From the NCBI GenBank assembly GCA_032718475.1, contig JAUCBJ010008121.1:1-64000 (forward strand): a stretch of DNA of 64,000 nt, given 5' to 3'. The position numbers and the translations under genes are program-made. The notes under the pieces are model-generated. The model was not told where the DNA came from. It saw only the letters and a list, made by a program, of their open reading frames with translations, and searched no databases. Below are positions 11,655 to 23,560 of this stretch, one piece after another; within the stretch, counting starts at the first letter, position 1; each line of letters starts with the position of its first letter. The stretch comes from Nemertoderma westbladi (Eukaryota; Animalia; Xenacoelomorpha).

Positions 11655-13550
11655 ATGGGTAACATAGATGATTTAGTGAAGGTGTCGCCATTCTGCTCAG
11701 CCGATAACCAATGCGTCGAGTACATCTACGAAGATTGTCGCACGGAATTGGAGGCGTTTTTCCGCGGATTTAAGTTGTCTGATGGGGACGGCATATGTAT
11801 GGGGGTGCGTCCCACGGACCTCGCTGACCACTACGACTGGTTGACATACCGAGAAGTTGATCGAAAAATCAAACGATTTGGATCGTCATTGATCAACTCG
11901 GTCGGTTTGTCACCGGGGCAGGATACCAAACTGGGTATATACTCGAACAACCACCCGGAATGGGACATATCGGTATTGGCGTGCCATCTCTACTCGGTAG
12001 TACCTGTTCCGCTGTACGACACACTAGGGGGTCGAGCACTCGAATTCATTATCAAACAAACGGAGATTTCTGTAATCATTGTTGACACTTCGGCGAAACT
12101 GCTCAAACTACTCGCTTTGGATAAACAGATTATTGGCGGCCTTAAAACCATCGTAATAATAGAAGATAACCCTGACGTTGAGGCAGTTCAACAAATAAAC
12201 GATCTTGGTATCGAGGTTAGAACGTTTTCTGAGGTCGAGAAAGAAGGTTCTGTCGATCCTACAGACACTCAACTCGCAACTCCCGACTCCATTGCTACCA
12301 TACTCTACACATCAGGCACCACCGGAGACCCAAAAGGCGTTATGTTAACCCACCGGAATCTAATAGCAGTTGCTAGTAGTCTCAGCCTCCTTGTAGAGCC
12401 GTATAAGATACCTTTAAAGGTCGGGGATCGCTACATGAGTTACCTCCCAGCGGCCCACGGTATGGAGCGCAACTTCCACGGTTTCTGCTTCATGAACGGG
12501 TTGGCCATCGGATACTTCCGCGGCGATATTAAGCGACTGTCCAGCGACGCGCGCGCTCTGCAGCCCCAGTTCATGCCGATGGTCCCGCGTGTGCTGAACC
12601 GATTATACGACGCCATCACCAAGAAGCTGGAGACCATTGGGTACGTTAAGTGGTTCCTGTTTAATCTGGCATTGAGTGCGTGGTCCCCGGAGTATCTAAG
12701 ATCGGTTGTTTTTAACGAAGTTCGTCAACAACTCGGCGGTAAACTCAGCTTCGTGTGTTGCGGTTCGGCACCGCTGGACGCCAAGGTGTTGGATTTCGCT
12801 AAGACGGTTCTCGGTTGCTGTACTATGGTTGGTTACGGGTTGTCTGAGGCCGTAGCCGCAGCCACTGTCACGCCACCAGACGACCCCGAGAGCGGACACG
12901 TTGGGTTCGTTCTACCGTGTTTGTCTATGAAGTTGGTGGATGTCCCCGAGTTGGACTGGTTGGCGGACCGGGGTGCCGGGGAGGTTTGTTTCAAAGGGCC
13001 CAGCGTTATGGCGGGATACTATAAGGAGCCCGAGAAAACGCGGGAAGTCATAGATGACGAGGGGTGGTTGCACACCGGGGATGTGGGATGTTACACGGAT
13101 AACGGGATGCTAAAGATTATAGACAGAAAGAAATCGATATTCAAGTTGTCCCAAGGGGAGTACATAGCCCCCGAGAAAATCGAGAATATTCTTATGAAGA
13201 TTAACTACGTCGCTCAGGCCTTTGTTTACGGAGACAGTCTCAAGAGTTCCCTTGTCGGGCTTATATTCATCGACGAAGAAATATTTAGGAAGAATTTCGC
13301 GGTGTTTAATAACAAAGAAACTGCTAAGATTTGTACAGATCGAGAGGTTGTTGCCAAAGTGCTTGAAGATATACATTCCATTGGTATAAGTAACGGGTTG
13401 AACAGTTTGGAGCAAGTAAAAGCGATATATATCATGAAAGATTTAATGACTGTTGACGAAGGTCTATTGACGCCAACGTTGAAGTCGAAACGACCTCAGA
13501 TCACTCGCAAGTTCAAGAAACAACTGGACGCGCTCTACACCACTGTATAA
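11655..13550 (+). CDS. ACSL: Long-chain fatty acid-CoA ligase, ACSL1/5/6 family, single ORF
   Basis: AMP-binding motif YTSGTTGDPKG, GYGLSE, FACS motif GWLHTGDVG...LKIIDRKK, LSQGEYIAPEKIE, LLTPTLK; AATAAA at 13550-13555; no N-terminal TM anchor in the ORF. Confidence 0.93.
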   Translation: MGNIDDLVKVSPFCSADNQCVEYIYEDCRTELEAFFRGFKLSDGDGICMGVRPTDLADHYDWLTYREVDRKIKRFGSSLINSVGLSPGQDTKLGIYSNNHPEWDISVLACHLYSVVPVPLYDTLGGRALEFIIKQTEISVIIVDTSAKLLKLLALDKQIIGGLKTIVIIEDNPDVEAVQQINDLGIEVRTFSEVEKEGSVDPTDTQLATPDSIATILYTSGTTGDPKGVMLTHRNLIAVASSLSLLVEPYKIPLKVGDRYMSYLPAAHGMERNFHGFCFMNGLAIGYFRGDIKRLSSDARALQPQFMPMVPRVLNRLYDAITKKLETIGYVKWFLFNLALSAWSPEYLRSVVFNEVRQQLGGKLSFVCCGSAPLDAKVLDFAKTVLGCCTMVGYGLSEAVAAATVTPPDDPESGHVGFVLPCLSMKLVDVPELDWLADRGAGEVCFKGPSVMAGYYKEPEKTREVIDDEGWLHTGDVGCYTDNGMLKIIDRKKSIFKLSQGEYIAPEKIENILMKINYVAQAFVYGDSLKSSLVGLIFIDEEIFRKNFAVFNNKETAKICTDREVVAKVLEDIHSIGISNGLNSLEQVKAIYIMKDLMTVDEGLLTPTLKSKRPQITRKFKKQLDALYTTV

Positions 13551-14613
13551 ATAAATATTACTATTATTCTATAAATATTAACTCAACATCAATTTGCAAT
13601 ATTTATTGTTAACTATTATTGGTATTGGCATTGCATTGCATTAATTTATGTTGTATTGTTGAAACGAAGTTATTTATTGAATTGCTAAGAATCTCCAATA
13701 ATAGCAATACCATTCATTATTCACGATTATTATAAGCTGCTATAAGTTACCTAATATGTTTATCGGTATATATATTTTCGACTAAGCATCTTTATCCGGG
13801 GTTGACACAAAATATTTTAGAAAATTTTAGAGAGCGGTGGGACACGATGGTGACAGGACAGGACAGGACAGGGCAGACATTTCCTTCAGCCATTTCCTTA
13901 CAGATATACATTGTAGGCCTACTTTACAATCTCGTGACTGTGCCCCCACTAGACGCGTTTTTGGCGCAAGATTTTTGTAAGACTTTCATATATCATCAGT
14001 TCAACAGTTACCCACAGGAGGCCCACATGTCTAACATTAAATGTCCTCCCATTTTTAGGCTTTGTTCACTTCAAGATGAAACTTGACATGTGATGTACTA
14101 CAATTAGCAGTATCTTTGAATGGAGATTAATCCAACTGCAGTTCTCAAATTTGCCACTAGAGGGCGAAATGTCTGAAAGTGGCAACTTTCTCCCATCTAT
14201 ATTTTTATAATCTGTTTAGGCTTAAACTTGGTTGAGATGTACTAGACCACAGGCTGTGTCTTTTTATTGAGTTTTGTTTGGGCTAAAATCTGCAGTTACC
14301 CAGAGTGCCGCGAGATAGCAAAATTGATGCGTCTGGGATTCTATTCCTATGATAGTAGTGCGGCTCCACCACATGTCTTCTAGTGTAGGTAGTTTTAGTT
14401 TCCATGGCGTATAAAACAACAACGTTTCACAAATATTGTAGAGGGAAATTCAAACATAAATTTCGTTAGTCAGTCAGTTTTTACTTCAAGTAGGCCTACC
14501 AACCAATGTCAGTGTTGATTTGTTCAGATGCTACTACTGTACTCCGGTATTTCTTAAAATTGTTCATAATCAATAGATCAAATCAGACTACACCTGTACA
14601 CGTACAGACGTAG

Positions 14614-14976
14614 GGGGCCGTCCAAGTATGACGTCAGCACTTTAGGTTGGGAAAATCTGATGACGTGCTGATGAGGGGAGGAGAGGGGGTCAGCCAAAAT
14701 CTGACGTCAGCATGTTCATTTATAGGCGCTAGAAGAGATATAGCAGAAGAGTAAATAGCTTGCCTATTTTAATTGTTCGAAGCCCCCGAAGGCCCGTAGC
14801 ACGACCTTCGTTTCAGTTACCAGTCACCATGTTTCAGTGATTAGGACGCGAATATTTTTTTAATCTGATTTAGGGGAGGGGGGGTGGGTCAACGCCTATC
14901 TGATGACATCTGATTTAGGGGAGGGAGGGGGTCAACATTATGGGGAAAAGTGCAGACGTCATACTTGGACGGCCCC
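14614..14976. mobile_element. PIF/Harbinger (Tourist-like) MITE with 3-bp TSD TAG
   Basis: TIR GGGGCCGTCCAAGTATGACGTC...GACGTCATACTTGGACGGCCCC; TAG at 14611-13 and 14977-79. Confidence 0.85.
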
Positions 14977-15000
14977 TAGGTAACTAATTAGGTAAATCGA

Positions 15001-16851
15001 ATGGCGGGTGTTGTTTGTAGGGGTGATGGTGATGAAATTGGGTTAGAAATCTGCATTGGGGAATTCCAGCGTTTTATAGACACAACTAAACTCGAGTTAG
15101 ATGCTAATCTGTCTGAAACAAGAAATTACGTCAAGTTAGCTTGGAATTTATTAAAGGAGTGGAAAGTACGACAACCATCTGGACTGGTTGCTGATTCAGC
15201 TGTGGGTGGTCTGGGTCGCAGTGCAGTTTCAACTTCAAGTAAGGATAGTGAAGTTAACGATAATATCGCTGAAATTGTAACCATCGACCGGGCCCTCGAA
15301 AAAGCGGAGAATTTAAGGAAATCTTTAGCCGCCCTTCATCGAGATCCCGATTACATATGTAGTACCGGTAGTGTAAACCAAGGCCTTGGAAATTATGAGG
15401 TGGAAATACCAACCTCTCAAAACGATTCAAGTAAAGAAAAACTAGCAGATGAGGATATTAAAGAATATTCCCATAACTCACCCACCCCGATTGCCACTAC
15501 TGGCGTTCCTGTAGATATGAAAGGTAAAAAGGTTTCCACTCGCCCATCCATAACTGCGTTTGGTACAAAACGAGCGCTGAAAACAACCCGTCCCGCACTG
15601 GCGGTGTCGGCTCGCGAGACAAAGGAGATGGATACACTGGAGCGACTGCTGAGCGTCGTTAATTTAGATAATGTAAAACCGAAGCCCCGCGCGGTTAGAG
15701 CGAGTAACGCAGATCCTATTAGCCTTCCCGATAAAGCGAAATACCCGTCGAGGGAAACAAATAGCGGTAAAACCAAACTCCCCGACGCTAAAACACGTAG
15801 CAGGGTAGTTAATACGGTAAAACGTAGTGCCAGTAGTTCAAACATACCCACAGGCAAGTGGACTACAACTTATTTCGGTCAGTTTAAAATTCCTAAGGAT
15901 AGGTACAGCCTGAAACGGGCGAAGTCGAGACAACAACAAGGTCGGCCAGGCACTTCGTCGGGTGCGACAGATAGGGGACATATAGGGACTAAAGGTGGAG
16001 GGACGGGGACCGAGGGGGGACATACCGGAGGGAAAGGTGTGGGGATAGAGGGGGGATATACAGGTGATAAAAGTTTGGGGACAGATCGGGGTCACTCTGG
16101 GGGTGAGGCAGTGATTGGGCAACACTGGAATCCGGGGTCGGTTATAGACGAACCAGTTCCTATCGCAAAAGAAGCAGAAGCTAAAGAAGCGATGCTGACG
16201 AAAGATTTCTTAACACAATTCGTTTCAGATTTTCCTCAAACTGAAACAATTTTACCAGAATCGAATATGAATACCAATTCAAGCTCTGAAACTAATTCAC
16301 GCAAACCGAACCCATGTTCTACAGTCACTAATACCATGGAAACCTTCAGCAACCATCCTACTGACACCAGTCCAACGCCCTGTAAATCAAATCCGACCAC
16401 CTTCGTGTTGACGAAAGATGGTCGATCGTTGAAACTTCCCGCAGAACTCGCCGCCCTGAAACGCGCGAAAGACAAACACCTCGCTAAGATTCAATTCCAA
16501 GAGGAACTTCCAGTACACTCACGAGATTGTTTTATGAGGAAGTTGAGTAAAACCTTCGACAATTCACTTTCTGTTGTTACTGATACCAATCCGTTATCCA
16601 TCAACCACTACTCGTTATTAAATCGGCCTCTCGTGTATCACAAACTCTCGCAACTCAATTCCATAACAGATCTTAATAACCGCATCGCTATGTTGCAATA
16701 CAAATTAGAATTGTTGAAGTTAATTCAGTGCAATTTGCTCCCTTTTTTTCGTTCATCTGATTCTTCTAGCAATTTATTTTTAATTTTATACCACAATTTA
16801 CTTAACCTCTTGGGGTCTAAGACCCCAGTGCTAATAAAAGATATCACATGA
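15001..16851 (+). CDS. TEDC2: Probable TEDC2-like protein (tubulin epsilon and delta complex 2, DUF4693)
   Basis: Blocks DRALEKAENLRK and FVLTKDGRSLKLP...FMRKL resemble conserved TEDC2 blocks as recalled; long low-complexity middle; AATAAA at 16871. Confidence 0.55.
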   Translation: MAGVVCRGDGDEIGLEICIGEFQRFIDTTKLELDANLSETRNYVKLAWNLLKEWKVRQPSGLVADSAVGGLGRSAVSTSSKDSEVNDNIAEIVTIDRALEKAENLRKSLAALHRDPDYICSTGSVNQGLGNYEVEIPTSQNDSSKEKLADEDIKEYSHNSPTPIATTGVPVDMKGKKVSTRPSITAFGTKRALKTTRPALAVSARETKEMDTLERLLSVVNLDNVKPKPRAVRASNADPISLPDKAKYPSRETNSGKTKLPDAKTRSRVVNTVKRSASSSNIPTGKWTTTYFGQFKIPKDRYSLKRAKSRQQQGRPGTSSGATDRGHIGTKGGGTGTEGGHTGGKGVGIEGGYTGDKSLGTDRGHSGGEAVIGQHWNPGSVIDEPVPIAKEAEAKEAMLTKDFLTQFVSDFPQTETILPESNMNTNSSSETNSRKPNPCSTVTNTMETFSNHPTDTSPTPCKSNPTTFVLTKDGRSLKLPAELAALKRAKDKHLAKIQFQEELPVHSRDCFMRKLSKTFDNSLSVVTDTNPLSINHYSLLNRPLVYHKLSQLNSITDLNNRIAMLQYKLELLKLIQCNLLPFFRSSDSSSNLFLILYHNLLNLLGSKTPVLIKDIT

Positions 16852-18422
16852 TTTGTATTCAGTAAATTTTAATAAATTGACATAATTTGATAAATTTATT
16901 ATTGATATAACACAATTTAGATTTATAAAATAAAGTAATGTTTTGAAATGCGCCTCTTAATTTTCAATTTTAATAATTCTTGGAAATGACTTACATATTA
17001 TACTTACCGGCTACACCACTAGGATCAGTAGAATGCATCCCTGATCGTACCTACATCGCAACAGCCCCACAGTTTGCGATTAGCCATGTCCCTTCCCAAT
17101 CCGTCTGCAATATCACGACCAGTGCCTTTTAGCCGACGTAACATGTTTGTCACTAGATGACTCACTTCGAATATACGTTGAATATAAAAAACGTTGAATA
17201 AACTACAATTATTGTCTGTTCGAGAACGGAATATACGGATATAATACATGAAGTAAATTAATCTGTATAACTGTTGATTAATTAATAATTATTAACATTT
17301 ATAAATCAATAATTATTAGTCCGTAATTATGTTCGATGCTCAACCACCCACCACAGTCGTTTTGTTTCCACATATTATTATTATAGACTTTCATCTTTGA
17401 AGTTTCGACTCAAAAAGCCCCTTTCAGACAAAACGGAAGGTTATCTTCTAACCATTGTTGTCCGACTCCAATGCTACAATAACTTTTGATAACAATTCTT
17501 TATTTTAGCATACAGTAATGCATCTCAATTTCTTTTCCTTAATGATTTTAATTTCACATTCTTACGAAAGCTTTGTACAACTTTATTATTGGGCAAATCC
17601 ACAAAGACTGATAAAGAAAATTACATAAGGAAATCTGAAATCCGTTACGGTAGGTTTATCGTAATACAAGGCCTGTGCACTACATTATAGAATACATCGA
17701 TCAGCTGATACTTTTTGGCATTTTATTATTGCTGAATGGTAAAGTAGCACTTTACAGTGTGATGATCCGTTACACAAACGAACGTTAGTGAGTGAGTGAA
17801 AATAAAGCAACGAGGATCAGAACACGGTAAAGTACTTTGCAACAAGTATGTATGTAGTTTTATTCCAAAATTGTAACATTACGAAATTATTGTACATATA
17901 CATTATAAGTCACTTTTGTTGTTAGGCTTGCATTTTTTAGTAATTAAATTACTTTCTAATGTGATCTGGACATATTATTATACTGTACTAATGTGCTGCA
18001 TTAGTAGATTAACTTGCAAAAAAATAGGTGGGATTTTCTATTGATATTACATTATGTATCAGTGGTGCAGTATATTCTCGAAATATGATATTTATGGAGA
18101 CCCAAAGAAATCCTATTGAATGTTTATAATATTTCTATAGAAACCCAACCCAAGTTAGTTCCATATGTCGACACCCAAAAGCAATACGCGTAGAACGCCA
18201 TGCACCGTCTTTGTTATAATTTCAATATAATATTTATTTATTATTTTACTATACTTGTACTGTTGACTACTTACTGTATTCTGTACTTACCAAATCAAAA
18301 CTGTCAATTTGCTAATTAATGAAGAGACGAAAACCCACGGTCGCAGCAGTACGATATCTCTTCGCGGTGAACGCTACAAAGTAAACTGATTAGCAGATAG
18401 GTGTGGAGCTATATTTAACACT

Positions 18423-18557
18423 TGTGTAGTAGACTCGCCTCGATGGCTCGCCCCTTGTCTTGTTTTATCTTGTATGCGTTATGGATATACCGGTATACTG
18501 ACGGATTTAAGATAAAACAAGACAAGGGGCGAGCCATCGAGGCGAGTCTACTACACA
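18423..18557. mobile_element. 135-bp mini-element with perfect 49-bp TIRs and 5-bp TSD (ACACT)
   Basis: 18423-18471 is the exact reverse complement of 18509-18557; ACACT at 18418-22 and 18558-62. Confidence 0.8.
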
Positions 18558-18974
18558 ACACTGATTACTGGATAGAATACAATAAAATATGTCACGATGG
18601 AATGAAAATAATGTTAGGTATGAAAGACTTTAAGAGTCATTGTTAAGTTTCACTTTTCTTCCCTAGGGTAAAAGGTTGGGTTAACTTTTACCCGGTGAAA
18701 AAAGTAAATTAAAATATTTTTGGTGGAATTTCTTAAATTTTATTACATGTGTTGAAAGAGCATCGACGTAGAAAAGGTTTGCACGTAATTTTTGCAAAAT
18801 CCACTCATGCACACACTCAAAAGTTATTGCAACATTAGTGTTTGCAGGGCGCTCAATTAACGGAACACAGAACTCAATTAAGCGGCTCTTTAGTTACGTA
18901 ATAATTATTCGAGAACATTAAATTATTTAACTCTGAGTAAGGCAGCATTAGGAGTTGAAGAGTATAATAATTTT

Positions 18975-19312
18975 AATGGGGTTCACGACTCAAATTCAAA
19001 ACCAGATTAATTAGATGCAAAATAATATCACAGAAACACAATGGCGTTTACAGAATTCAATTATGTACTGTCATTTACACAAAGATAGGATTGGGTATCT
19101 GAATGTTGATATAAATGGGATCCCGAGGCGTACAGTGACGTCATGCTCACGACCAATCACAGATCGTTTTAAATTTTGAATAATTTTTAAACTGAAAACA
19201 CCAATATCTCGGCTATTTTAGCATCTTATTGAATTCTGTAAACGCCATTGTGTTTCTGTGATATTATTGCATCTAATTAATCGGGTTTTGAATTTGAGTC
19301 GTGAACCCCATT
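18975..19312. mobile_element. MITE with ~85-bp TIRs (AATGGGGTTCACGACTC...)
   Basis: 18975-19061 is inverted relative to 19228-19312; no clear TSD. Confidence 0.8.
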
Positions 19313-20013
19313 GCAGAAACATGCAAGCAATATATATAGTAAAATAATACTTTATTTATTTGTAACCTTATATCGCTCTATCTTTTATTAAAGAATTGAG
19401 CAACAAAAAAGTACCAATTTAAGAATAAAGTTACGTATTAGCCTACATGGGCAAAAAATGTAGAAATTTTTTTTTTCAATATCATCTCGACCCTTTATTA
19501 ACCCCGCGAGCGCTCGGTAAATAAAATACCTCGAGAATTGTGAAAAAAAGTTATACTTTTTCTTTTTTTTTCCTATGTAATAAATTATTCTGTCGGTGCA
19601 ACTTCAATTTTCAGTCGGTGCAAATTGACTTACATCCCCAACTTGTTTTGGTCTAGCGCCGACCCTGCTTGCAGGCTTGGGTCGTTGGGTGTGTGGTTGG
19701 GTTGGGATGCTTGAATACCATTGAATCTTGATTATCAATTATTGCGGGGTTCGCCCGACGCCAAGTCAATGTGATGTAAATTCAAAATGTATAAACAAGA
19801 TTGTCCAGAAGTGCGTTTGCGTTCCCGAGACGAACTGGGAACCTGCTAGTTGATCAGGAAAGAAACAAAAAAAATATTCCTAATTTTGTATCGTTCTTTA
19901 TGTTGAGTTGCATTCTATCGTAAAGCAGTCAACCACACTGTCATCTGTCCATTTATCTGCTTATTACTCTACCCCCGTTAGGCCTGCCGATATCTAAGCG
20001 ATAAGCTGAAGCT

Positions 20014-21357
20014 ATGGATTTTGAATACAAATCTAAACTCACCAATCGGAGACAGAAAGTTGAAGACATATTTACCTACGAGGGTTGCAAAGTTGGCCGG
20101 GGAACGTATGGCCACGTCTACAAAGCGCGACGGAAGGAAGACGGAAAAGAGTTCGCGTTGAAACAGATCGAAGGAACTGGTATCTCGATGTCGGCCTGTC
20201 GGGAGATAGCGTTGCTACGGGAACTCAAACACCCCAACGTCATCAGCCTCCAACGCGTCTTCCTTTCCCATCTGGACCGCCGAGTCTGGTTGCTATTCGA
20301 TTTCGCGGAACACGATCTTTGGCACATCATAAAGTTCCATCGTTCCTCCAAAGCCAACCGCAAGAACGTCCCCGTGCCGAGAAACATGGTTAAATCGCTT
20401 CTATTCCAGATCCTCTCCGGTATCAACTATATCCATTCCAACTGGGTTCTCCATCGAGATTTAAAACCTGCGAACATTTTGGTAATGGGTGAGGGCGCTG
20501 AGCGCGGGATGGTAAAGATCGCTGACATGGGATTCGCGCGACTTTTTAACTCTCCGATTAAACCGCTCGCCGACCTCGACCCGGTGGTGGTGACGTTCTG
20601 GTACCGCGCCCCCGAACTTCTTCTGGGCGCCCGTCACTACACCAAGGCCATCGACATCTGGGCCATCGGCTGTATCTTCGCGGAACTCTTAACATCCGAG
20701 CCGATCTTCCACTGCCGACAGGAAGACATAAAGACCTCCAACCCGTACCACCACGACCAACTCGACAGAATATTCTCAGTTATGGGTTTCCCTGCAGAAA
20801 AGGAATGGGAAGACATTCGCAAGATGCCTGAACATCCAACCTTGCTGAAGGACTTTCATAGAAGTAATTACTCTCATTGCAGTCTCCTTAAGTACATGGA
20901 TAAACACAGACTGCGAACCGACACTAAACAGTTCGCATTGCTGCAAAGGATGTTGGTGATGGACCCGTTGAAGCGACTGACCTCGGAGGCGGCCTTGCAG
21001 GATGGTTACTTCGTGGAAGAACCCACTCCAACCGTAGACGTGTTTAACTCTATGGCCATCCCGTACCCAAAGCGAGAGTTTATAACGGACGAGGAGGGAG
21101 AAGATAAAACCGGTAGTTCGAAGATCGGGACGGGGGAACCGCCCAATAAACGGGTGCGGGTCGCTGCCCACAGCGGGGGTCCCCCGCCCGAGTTCCAGAA
21201 ACCCTCGCAGCCGGGAGGCATTATCGGCGGGTTCTCTAGCGGCGCGGGAGGTCGGCTCACTCCAATGCACGGAGGCGGGGCCGCCAATCAGCAGCAGGTG
21301 CACCAGGGGAACGCCGCTATGTACCAGCAGAATCCGGGTAGTAGGGGAATATTCTAG
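20014..21357 (+). CDS. CDK8: Cyclin-dependent kinase 8 (Mediator kinase), single ORF
   Basis: GRGTYG, SMSACRE helix, [13 protein letters not shown] motif, [25 protein letters not shown]; Gly/Gln-rich tail; AATAAA at 21422. Confidence 0.97.
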   Translation: MDFEYKSKLTNRRQKVEDIFTYEGCKVGRGTYGHVYKARRKEDGKEFALKQIEGTGISMSACREIALLRELKHPNVISLQRVFLSHLDRRVWLLFDFAEHDLWHIIKFHRSSKANRKNVPVPRNMVKSLLFQILSGINYIHSNWVLHRDLKPANILVMGEGAERGMVKIADMGFARLFNSPIKPLADLDPVVVTFWYRAPELLLGARHYTKAIDIWAIGCIFAELLTSEPIFHCRQEDIKTSNPYHHDQLDRIFSVMGFPAEKEWEDIRKMPEHPTLLKDFHRSNYSHCSLLKYMDKHRLRTDTKQFALLQRMLVMDPLKRLTSEAALQDGYFVEEPTPTVDVFNSMAIPYPKREFITDEEGEDKTGSSKIGTGEPPNKRVRVAAHSGGPPPEFQKPSQPGGIIGGFSSGAGGRLTPMHGGGAANQQQVHQGNAAMYQQNPGSRGIF

Positions 21358-21745
21358 AACCATCAAGGTAGGGGGAATGTTCTAGAACCCGGAAACTATG
21401 GTAATATTCTCGTGGTTAGCCAATAAACTACAAATTTAATATTTTAGAAAATGTGAATTATTATGTAATATAAAGCCCTGCAATATTTATTATTAAATAG
21501 TATTATTGTTAAAAACTTTTCACATAATTTATCGCTCAGCCTATGATAGAATTGAGTAGATATTTTTCCTCATGGAAGTATATTATTAACTTTATTACGG
21601 TACTTATTACTAAATTGCAACAAAACGTATAACATCATTGGTACCGGTTTATAGCTCATTATGAATCCAACCTTCGCTGGCCAAGTTGCTCACGAGCGAG
21701 GATTGTCTGTGGGTGAAGGTTTTTTGTGTGCAAAGGTGTAAGGTT

Positions 21746-21944
21746 CCACCTTGGTGTAGTGGTAGGGTCCCACCTTGGTGTAGTGGTAGGGTCCCACCTT
21801 GGTGTAGTGGTAGGGTCCCACCTTGGTGTAGTGGTAGGGTCCCACCTTGGTGTAGTGGTAGGGTCCCACCTTGGTGTAGTGGTAGGGTCCCACCTTGGTG
21901 TAGTGGTAGGGTCCCACCTTGGTGTAGTGGTAGGGTTCCACCTT
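21746..21944 (+). repeat. 24-bp minisatellite, 8 copies, containing a Pol III A-box
   Basis: CCACCTTGGTGTAGTGGTAGGGTC x8; TGGTGTAGTGG fits the A-box consensus TRGYNNARNNG. Confidence 0.92.
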
Positions 21945-22184
21945 AGATTCACATCTCCCGTAGGTTCAGGGTTCGATCCTCACATGGGCCAGGGCAGTTT
22001 TCGTTTCGGCACGAATGCTTTAAAGGGACCAGCCAGGGCTTAAGTGGTAGCTAAATGAGTACTGGAGTTTCCTCTGGGGAGTAAAGTTCAGGGGGGAACG
22101 CACTGGAAATAAGTCGTCAGACTTTGTGCGTAATCCCTGGCCTAGCGGCCGAAGAAAATTTACTTTACTTTTACTTTACTTTAC
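21914..22184 (+). mobile_element. tRNA-derived SINE
   Basis: A-box in last repeat unit, B-box GGTTCGATCC at 21970-79, TAAATGAGTAC core at 22052, (TTTAC)n tail at 22159-22184. Confidence 0.75.
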
Positions 22185-22736
22185 AAAGAAACACGCAACG
22201 GACCCAGATAACATTCTACAAAACATCTTACATTGTTATACAAATCTTAACGAGATCTATACTTTCCTATAACCAGTTTCATTTTTAATATTTTTCTACA
22301 AACGTTTGAAATAACTATTTACATCATTTGTGCAAAATTTAGCTCTTTTGCAAACATGTACTTTGCTGCTTGGCGAGGAAGTCACTTATTTATGTCTCCT
22401 CCAACCACCAACTATTGGGCAACGCAGATATTATTAGAATCGTGATTTATTGTTACAAATGGTTTACACGGATTCAAAATATGTTAGAACACCGTAATCT
22501 CAAAGATAAATGCCTGGAAGGTCATGTCTTTCTTTACTGCACTCGAAAAATTATTTATTTATTTATTTACAAATCACTCTAGTATTATATAAATTATAAT
22601 TATTAAAATAAAACTAATAAAACAATATTCCAGAATGTTTGGTGAGTAAACAGCGTTACTCAGTAGAAGAAACATGAATTTATCGTACACTCAGATGTTT
22701 TTTTTAACAGATTCGGAACAATAGTAAGGTAAATAA

Positions 22737-23019
22737 AGCCCCGTTCACATCCAACGGTGCGTGAGCGGTAAAGTAGTCTGGCGGTATTGAAGTGGTAAGC
22801 CAGCGGTACACTAACCGGAGCCCGTTCACACCCAACGGTACCGTTGCGGTAACTGATTGTCTATCTGTCGACTGTGAATTCAACAGTAAATTACATTAAT
22901 TGTTTTAACATTGTTTAAATGGGCTGCGGTTTAGCGCACAACTACCTGTTGGGTCGTTCACAGTCAGCGGTGTACCGCTGGCCCTGCGGTGTACCGTTCC
23001 GTTGGATGTGAACGGGCCT
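22737..23019. mobile_element. PIF/Harbinger-like MITE
   Basis: TIR AGCCCCGTTCACATCCAACGG...CCGTTGGATGTGAACGGGCCT; flanked by TAA and TTA. Confidence 0.75.
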
Positions 23020-23160
23020 TTAGATAGGCACTAAATTAAGATGCTATTCTACTAAACAGGAGATGGTGTATTTTAGTATTTGATTGTCAAGTTATGCAGT
23101 TATAGCAAGTTATACGTTTGTGGTTAACTTAATTCCCTCAATCAGTGTCCGTAGCGCAAG

Positions 23161-23560
23161 TCAACTTGGTCGAAATCCGTTTTGGCTCTTACGCAGCAGT
23201 TTCACTATGTGAGGTCTAATTCTATATAGAATCACTTTATTGTATATTTTGGCAGCTACCACAAGCAGACAGATCCCACGATAGTTTGTTGGTACACCGA
23301 GGTCTCCTTTCTTAGGGAGAGGCTTTAGTTGACCTTTAGTCCAAATTGGTGGTGGCTTTTCCCCTTTCAGTTTCCGGTTGCAAACATCCAATAATGGCCT
23401 GTTTTCCATACCTCTTCTGCAGAGATTTCATCTAATCCACTTTTAATGCTTCTTTGGAGTTCGGCGGGTGTGATGTCCCCTGTTTCTATAGGTAGCATCT
23501 TGTCATATATTTTCCTTGTAGGGCTGACCTCGATGTTTGTTGGCTGCCCAAGCAAGTTGG
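23161..23560 (-). pseudogene. RTE-clade LINE fragment (RT N-terminal part), frameshifted
   Basis: PLPKKGDL..NYRGICLLVVAAKIYNKVILYRIRP...LRKSQNGFRP. Confidence 0.85.

Noticed and set aside
13900-14385. Helitron-like element ending in CTAG
   Set aside because: No convincing 3' hairpin and no second copy in the window
20085-21366. Overlapping and antisense ORFs on CDK8 (likewise on ACSL, BEL and Penelope ORFs)
   Set aside because: Shadow frames of GC-richer coding sequence with no recognisable motifs
21659-22043. Repetitive ORFs (WDPTTTPR, HLGVVVGS, etc.)
   Set aside because: Artefacts of a stop-free 24-bp minisatellite, open in several frames
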